Below are positions 55,297 through 64,000 of a DNA stretch of 64,000 nucleotides, piece after piece. Position 1 is the first letter of the stretch. Every line of letters starts with the position of its first letter. The stretch spans positions 39,866,001-39,930,000 of the forward strand of contig OZ024757.1 of NCBI GenBank assembly GCA_964016885.1, in the 5' to 3' direction. Source of the stretch: Eledone cirrhosa (taxonomy: Eukaryota). A model generated the notes under the pieces. That model was not told the DNA's origin, ran no database searches, and worked only from the letters and a program-made list of their open reading frames with translations. The position numbers were made by a program, and so were the translations under genes.

Positions 55297-55535
55297 CAGG
55301 AGCCACAGTCGCAGCCATGTTTAAAGAGAACCAGTGAACTATGATCTCCACGGTATTGCGATGGTTCACAGGCAACCTGATGCAAGACCTCAAGCCAGGG
55401 AGATCCATAGTTGTCATCAATGTGTGTAGAAATGCAAGTCTCTAGCAGGCTTGAATAGTCATATCCTAGCGTCACACATCTGAATCTGACAAGCGATTGC
55501 AATACTCTTAGCAGAGTTTGCATCCATCATGTATG
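55297..55535 (+). mobile_element. Degenerate LINE 3' end encoding a C-terminal C2H2-like finger
   Basis: One frame reads HSCHQCV*KCKSLAGLNSHILASH, similar to the CxxC...S..GL.SH...H tail of RTE-type ORFs. It ends in a CAT/TATG repeat tail. Confidence 0.45.
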
Positions 55536-55579
<44 letters not shown>

Positions 55580-57652
55580 GTATTTATGTATTTATGTATG
55601 TATGTATGTATGTATACCAATTCCAACTCGTATAACAGACAATACGGTTAGGAGTCTTTTCATAAAATATAAATGTTATAAACAATTATTTATTTAAATT
55701 TGAAACGAGATCTGAAAAATGGCGAACTGTTTCATTTCTATGCGGCCTTTTATCTATGTAAGAAAACAATCTTTATCGTTGCTTCGGCCCTTTTGGCTAT
55801 CAAACAATGAATTATTTACTATTACAAAAAAAATGAATATATATAACTTTATTAAATAGCTATGAATAGAATATAAATATATATTTTCATTCATAAAAAC
55901 AGGAAATGGTGCTATAGAATTTTATCGTTGTGAGACAGCAGGTGGTATATTTTGTGAAGAAGTTGAACTTTCGTTGACCAGTTCTGTGTAAGTTTGTATT
56001 TGTCTTAGCTACATAACGTAGGTTATAAAAGAAATAAATTTTATTATTCTTTTCAGTCGTAGTTTATAGTTAAGGTGGATAGTTGAACAGTATCTAATAA
56101 AAATGGAAGACGTTGTTAAAGTGAACAGATAAGTAAAATGAAAAAGGGAAAAAATAAAGAAGGATTAAGCAACAAAATAAATGGAGTGGGTGAGGGGGAA
56201 AGATAGCCACTACATCCTAATCTGAGTTGTGGCTCAGCCTCACCCGACGGACAAAACGGCAAAAGCGTTACCGCGCGGAATGTCGAGAGGCACCCGCTGC
56301 GACAACCACCTTCAAAGCTCACTATTTAGCTTTAATAAAATGAATGTGAAAACTACTTCAGTATTGAGTACTCTTTTCTCTCAGCCCATCAAGCACATAT
56401 GGATTTGCTTCGAAGTAACTAGACGTATCTGAGGAACTCGCGAATCCAGAGAGGTTCGATCCACAAATAAATCGTACCTCGAGCTGTTCGCCGGAGAAAC
56501 AATTGTAATACGTTAATAAATTGTGTCCCGATGCATCACTGATTCTTCGTTTTCCATATTATATATATATATATATTGGAAAAGAGTCAGGACCCCGACG
56601 ACTGAGCTCCAGCTGTTTCGACCGCTAGATCCGAACAGTTCGGATCTATCGATTGCCAAGATCCCATTCGTGATTGAACACGTCTTGTGGCTTGTCGGAC
56701 CAAGGAAACAATGTTTTCATTGGTCTTTCTGTGGCTCCTTCCGATTGCTAACACTATCTACCTGTCGCAACTCCTGGCAAGACCAACATCATTAAGAAAG
56801 GATATTAATAACCAAAATATAAATAGAGAAAAAAAATATATATATATTTTATGATAGTGAAATAAAATTTAAAAAGAAATTATATTTGTAGACGGGTGTG
56901 GCAAATTGAAATTATTTTGTTGACAAAATGAAATTATTTTCTGAATACGATTTATAATTTTTCCTCTATATTTTCGTCAACAGAAAATTGTATAATTTAA
57001 TATTTATTTAATTTTGTGTTTGTCGATCATGATGTTTATATCTGACTTCATTATGAAAATATTATAGTACAGCTTTTTACCTCTACACCACCAGAAATAA
57101 ATATATGTTTTTAACGGGAAACACACGAAAAATATTAAAAAAAATATGTATCTAAATTGCCATTTCATTACAGTAATAATATTTGTCGTTGGCCTAAAGT
57201 CATGAGATTTTGTTGTTTTTTTGTGAGTTTTCGTTTGTTTTTGCTTTAATTTTTGTTGTTTTTTTTTAAAGAAATATATAGAAGAGGTGAATAATTTGAA
57301 GACAGCTTTTGACTTGCAGAAAATGAGAGATGAGATGATGTCAGATGGAGGGAGAGACAGACAGAGGGAGGGGAGTGAGTGGGGGCTGGTCATGAGAGGG
57401 AGTGTACGGGGGAGGGAAGGAAATGGAGTGAGTGAGGGGCTACTACAGAATGTGAGAGTGGAGGGGGATGAGGGAGAGCGTTGAGTGGATGAGTGAATGA
57501 GGCTATGAGTGAGGGAAAGTGAAGGAGTGAGTGACAGAGTGAGGGGTGGGGTGGGAGAGAGAAAGAGAGTAAGAATGGTGTATTTACCTCAATACTGGAG
57601 AGTATGTGTCTATGTGTGTGTCTGTATCTATTTATCTATGAATGTTTATGTC

Positions 57653-57701
<49 letters not shown>

Positions 57702-58996
57702 CACACATACTTATTTCTCTTACTGATACACACTCGTTCCACTTCTTTGTCTCTCTCTCTCTGACTCTACCCTTCTTTCTCTCTCCTCTGTCTCTTTCCC
57801 TCTAACCCCTGTCTGTCTCCCTACTTCTCTTTTTCTCTAACACTTTCTATCCCAGTCTTTTATTTTCCCATCATCAGCTGCAGATATTTAAGTGAAACAA
57901 GACCAAGTAGCGAGGTCAAAGTAACAGTACAATCTAAATTCGAAACAACGAACAACACCCATTAACACCAAATCTAAAATCTCGATGACGATGATCATAT
58001 TTTCGAAATATAAAAAAATCAAAAAAACAAAAAAAAAAAAAAATCACGTAGGCTAAAAAAAAAATCGATGAATAAATAATTATTCGAAATATAACAGAAA
58101 CAAGAAAGAAAAAGAAAATATCTTTATGACAAGTGGCTACCATAACAATTCGAGGCAAAGTTATATCTTTTATTGTAAAGAAACCACTCAAGCATACAGC
58201 CAGACAAGTGTTGTCTTTAGAATGAAACAAATGCTCTTAAAATAGATATTGGTTTTCGACACCATTCACACAAAACTTACGTCCTCCCGATATCACACAC
58301 ATCACACACGATATACGAGAAATAGTTATCAGATACCGTCTATACACTTATAATTTATAACTGTGTGTGTGTATATATATATAATATATATCAAAAGATC
58401 TCTTGCAATTAAATAGCTCAAAGAAAGAAGTTTTTCCTGAGCCGTGTAATATAATTGAATATACAACTTGGTCCCTTACAATTTGAACACATGTATGTTT
58501 ATATTTGTGTTTTATTTCAATTGTATATATGTATAGTGAAAGAGTGAAGAATATTCCTATGATTTGATCAGAGACACACACTGTATTTAAGGTCGAGTGA
58601 CGCAATTTCGAGTGATTCAGCGCCTTTAGACACCCCTGATATCAATGATACAATTGTTAATACTGTAAATAAAACCCTTTTTGTACAGCCGACATGGTTA
58701 TACTTCAACCTTTCACTATTATTACTCCAAAAATAACCTACATGAGAATTATCGCAAACTCCGCCACCTAATTAAGGAAACCTCTGGTAGAGTCAAACAA
58801 CGCCGTACGTTAAAATTATCCACAGTACAGAGTACTTACAACATCTAACTGGATTACTTAAACTTGTTATCCCCATATCTATATATCTATATATCTATAC
58901 TGTCTTTAGTGCGAAACATCAGTGATCCCACAACAGAAGACAGCTACTGAGCGGGAGCGGGAAAATTGTCCATGTGTTTCTCTCTCGCGTTTTCTA

Positions 58997-59049
58997 AATA
59001 CATATATATATATACATACATACATATATATATACATAGTTATATATAC

Positions 59050-59103
<54 letters not shown>

Positions 59104-59195
59104 ACATATATATACATACATATACAGTTATATTACATATATATACATGCATATATATACATAGTTATATATACATGCATATATATATACATAGT

Positions 59196-59233
<38 letters not shown>

Positions 59234-59239
59234 CATAGT

Positions 59240-59303
<64 letters not shown>

Positions 59304-59663
59304 CATATATATATACACATATATATATACATATATATATACATATATATATACACATATATATATACACATATATATATACATATATATATACATATAT
59401 ATATATACATATATATATACATATATATATATACATATATATATACATATATATATACATATACATATACACATATATATATACATATACACATATATAT
59501 ATACATATATATATACACATATATATATACATACATGTATATATACATACATATAATATACATACATATAATATACATACATATAATATACATACATACA
59601 TATAATATACATATATATACATACATATATATACATATACATACATATAGATATATACATACA

Positions 59664-59706
<43 letters not shown>

Positions 59707-59720
59707 GTGTGTATGTGTAC
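58997..59720. repeat. (TA)n/(TACA)n compound microsatellite
   Basis: Direct reading. Confidence 0.93.
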
Positions 59721-60349
59721 CTGATGCGTGTGTATATGAGTCAATGTTCGCACAAATAGTGTTTTTATATGTATATACGTGAAGAGTGGTCTGTAATGTG
59801 TGTGCGTGTGCGTGTGCGTGTGCGTGTGCGTGTGTATATACGTGTGAATATTCGCACAGGGAGCATTACTCTATGCGTTTACACGACGAGAGGGCTCCAT
59901 GTGTGTGTATTATTGAGAATCTAAAAATATCCAGCTGAGCAAATGTAGAATACAAACTGATTCCCCTAATTGTTTATGCCTGGAGCGATCTTTATGCTTT
60001 CCTATAACAGGAGTATTATAAAATAGACCAGCTCACTTCTATAATGTGCTCCCATACAGACGCAATCTTATCGTGTAAAGTTTTATAAGTCTAAAAGTAA
60101 GGGACATAACTCTGCTTCACTTAACAGTTATTGAAATGTCTGCAGTGCATTGTACGTCTAAGTTTAGATATATCATGTTATGTGTTGTGTTATGAAAGTA
60201 TGTAAGATATGAAATTTTATTCAAACCTCTGTTGATACTTTGAGGATATACGTACACCTCTCTCTCTCTCTCATATATATATTTATAGCGGTGTGTGTAT
60301 ATGTATGTGCATATGTGTTCGTACATATACATATATACATATATATATT

Positions 60350-60384
<35 letters not shown>

Positions 60385-60794
60385 GCGTTACAGCTACATT
60401 ATAAACATGCATTTGCGTTACATCTAAATATACATATATACATACATATATATATATATATGTACATATATATACATATATCTATGTCTGTTTACCAAAC
60501 AACCCTTACGACGCCCATCATTAATATTTCAAGCCTGCTTTCCACCCTTTATTAAATTCCTAAGGTTCGGAATTTTAAAAGACAAAATAAAACTATGCAT
60601 ATTTTAACACCTTTTAAACGTAAGAAGGGAAAATATATTTAAATAAAGGAACTTCTAGGAAATGTGTGACGTCATATTTAGCTATCTTCTTCGCCTAGGT
60701 ATTCCGGAGAGGGTTGTGGGTGCAGAATCGTCACACGTGTTCAAGCAGGTCCTTCCATTGATGATACTATTTATTGGGTCGAATACCGGGCAGA

Positions 60795-60990
60795 AAGAAC
60801 AACGCGAAATATTTTGTCTTGCTGAACGGCATCATGCATTGGACTGTCCGGGAATCGAACCCACAACCTCACGATTGCGAAGACAATTCCCTAATCACTG
60901 AACCACCTGCCTTCATACACCTGGAAAATCATTAGGAAGTGTGTGACAGAAAGAACAACGTGAAATAAAATCTCTTGCTGAAGGACAAAA
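60795..60990 (-). mobile_element. SINE family B plus fragment
   Basis: CAACGCGAAAT..TCTTGCTGA..CCGGGAATCGAACCCACAACCTCACGATTGCG..CTAATCACTGA. Confidence 0.65.
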
Positions 60991-61109
60991 CTGTCCTGAC
61001 GTCATGTTTAGCTATATCTTAACTGTAATAAAGAAAGGAGTGCCGGACTGCATCCAGAATATAATTTTTTTATCCCGTTTGTTAAATAAGTTGGATTACT
61101 TTGAATAAA

Positions 61110-61293
61110 TAATTGTTTCTACGTTAGGCACAAAGCCAGCAATTACCCAGTGTATTACTGGTACTTTATTTTATCGACCCGTAAGGATGAAAGGCAAAGT
61201 TAACCTTGGCGGGATTTGAACTCAGAATGGCAAGGGCCGTAACTCTATACGTCAAAGTATGGCGTCCGGCCCGCTACCAATACTGCCAATCCA
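61110..61293 (-). mobile_element. SINE family A
   Basis: Reverse complement of the family A consensus. Confidence 0.85.
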
Positions 61294-61718
61294 AAATGAA
61301 TGAATGAATATTACATAATTTATCTGCTAAATTTCGTAGCTTTTGATTAAATATATTTTATAGTTTATTTAAAGATTCATTTCTTTAAAATTTTCAAATG
61401 TCAACACTTCCGGTTAACGATCGCTTAAATAAACATTCATATATTTCCGTCACTAATTTTCTCCTAATGCAGTTTATATATAATATCGTCTTTGTTTTAA
61501 TATATCATGGATTAGGTTACTGATTACATGAGGCAGAGTAACAATGACTTCGTTCAATTTCTGTGTATATTTTCAATTACAATGTCATTTGGTGTATCAT
61601 ATCTACATGCATATATACTTGTGTATAATATCAATATACACACTACACATGCTAGCAGAAGGACGACCAGAAGGGTGCTAGTACCAATGTAAATATTTAG
61701 AAATGGTTTAGGACTTAC

Positions 61719-61874
61719 CTAAATTTGAGGCCTGAAAACTGTCCTGAGGTTGAACCTTCAAAACGTCGTATATAAGTAATGTCTGAGGAAGAATCTCGTT
61801 CTTGAGATTCACCTTTTCAATTGCACTCATAAACGCCAGTTTCGGGCCTTCGTTCTCAGGTTCGAACAGTGCCC
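61719..61874 (-). CDS. GRIK2: Kainate-type glutamate receptor exon (156 nt; GALFEPENEGPKLAFMSAIEKVNLKNEILPQTLLIYDVLKVQPQDSFQASNL)
   Basis: Acceptor ctctttacag| at 61875-61876, donor |gtaagt at 61713-61718, phase 1-1. Matches the start of the iGluR ATD (G.LF...AF..A+..+N....L......D.....DSF.AS). Confidence 0.92.
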
Positions 61875-62239
61875 CTGTAAAGAGAATCAAACAAGTTATA
61901 TTAAACCTACGGTATAAATGAAGTATATATACATATATATATAAGCAGAGAAATTCAAAGAACAAATAGTAAATGTACTGAATAAATGACGTATATATAA
62001 GCAGTGATTTAGCGTACAGGTGTGTGTGTTTGCATGTATGTATGAATATGAATATATATATATATATATATAAATATAGTATTAATAGATGCGAAGACTA
62101 AAATCCGAAGAGGGATCATAGCAAGGACTAAAACAGTTTCATTCGAAAGAAATCACCTAGAAGGTCTTACTTTCCTGATGATTTCTTACGAATAAAACAG
62201 CTCTAGTCCTAATCCTGTATAAGTCATGAACATTAGGTC

Positions 62240-62525
62240 TAGAATCTCAACCAAGGTTTTGCAACTATTCTATAGGGTGCAATAAAACAATGATAATTCA
62301 ATATTTTTATAGAATTTATTCAAATTTTAATTTGTTATATTTTTTCTTTTCCACATGTTTCATTTTCGTTTACATCTTAAAATAATAGATTATAAAAATC
62401 TTTTGCTCAAATTTAGTATTAATTCGTCTTCTTTATCCTAAATAAAGCATTAAATTTTGAAGGGGTGCGAGAGCATATATAAAAATGTTTAGGGTTGCAG
62501 GTGTGAAAATGGTTGGGAAACACTG
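62240..62525. mobile_element. Degenerate hAT/Charlie-like MITE
   Basis: Right end GGTTGGGAAACACTG is a typical Charlie-type TIR. The left end is only partly retained (TCTCAACC). Confidence 0.35.
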
Positions 62526-62796
62526 ATTTAAACAAAAGAACATTTTTTTTGTATTAGAAGAGTGAATTCAAGAATAGGAGAATCTAAAGACGAAATCTTG
62601 TTAAAATGTTTCTGTGATTTCTTGCTTATTAAATGTATTTATAACTGGTAATAATAAGTATTATCAACTTGTAACTCATTCACTGACGTATGCAATTTGT
62701 AATTAACTTTATTGTAATCATATAGTGATACTTGTTAGCGTCACTGTTTGCTTAGCGCTAATTATTAACCACTTATAATGAAAGCCTAGCTTCTAC

Positions 62797-64000
<1,204 letters not shown>

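Larger units (their letters stand above)
3807..61874 (-). other. GRIK2: Partial multi-exon gene span: ionotropic glutamate receptor, kainate-type (GRIK2-like), amino-terminal domain exons; gene extends beyond both window ends
   Basis: Seven exons with canonical AG/GT ends and compatible phases (1-1, 1-1, 1-0, 0-0, 0-0, 0-0, 0-0) join into a stop-free ~359-aa frame. It carries kainate/AMPA ATD motifs: DSFQAS..VCKQLEKGIAAVFGP, SICYALEIPHLQTRW, GLVRLQE, YHFIFTTLD, GANITA, TALMYDAV, FDGLSG.V.FD..GERSDF.L. The symbol means GRIK2-like; orthology to a specific vertebrate paralogue was not tested. Confidence 0.93.

Noticed and set aside
55300-55530. Plus-strand exon of a nested gene (polypyrimidine+CAG ... 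GTATGT)
   Set aside because: All three frames contain stops; it is better explained as a decayed LINE 3' end.

Overview
Eukaryotic, extremely microsatellite- and repeat-rich genomic DNA. The SINE families and the (TA)n/(CA)n load point to an octopus genome (inference). The window lies inside one large minus-strand gene encoding a kainate-type ionotropic glutamate receptor subunit (GRIK-like). Seven GT-AG exons (61874-61719, 46635-46378, 37359-37178, 34597-34544, 20176-20006, 6237-6085, 3911-3807; 1079 nt) splice into one open frame covering most of the amino-terminal domain. The start exon and the ligand-binding/channel exons lie outside the window. The ORF track shows only four of these exons in the right frame, and almost all other listed ORFs are microsatellite artefacts. 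The introns hold RTE-type LINE fragments, three non-autonomous Helitrons (one nested in a MITE, one carrying a RepHel remnant, one 31 nt from a 3' splice site), two tRNA-derived SINE families, tandem arrays built from SINE tails, and several short elements inserted in (TA)n that look like Penelope pseudo-LTRs. The most notable structure is in this last group: several carry minimal type I hammerhead-ribozyme motifs, and many form fold-back inverted repeats, some close to exons. No prokaryote-type system such as CRISPR is present.
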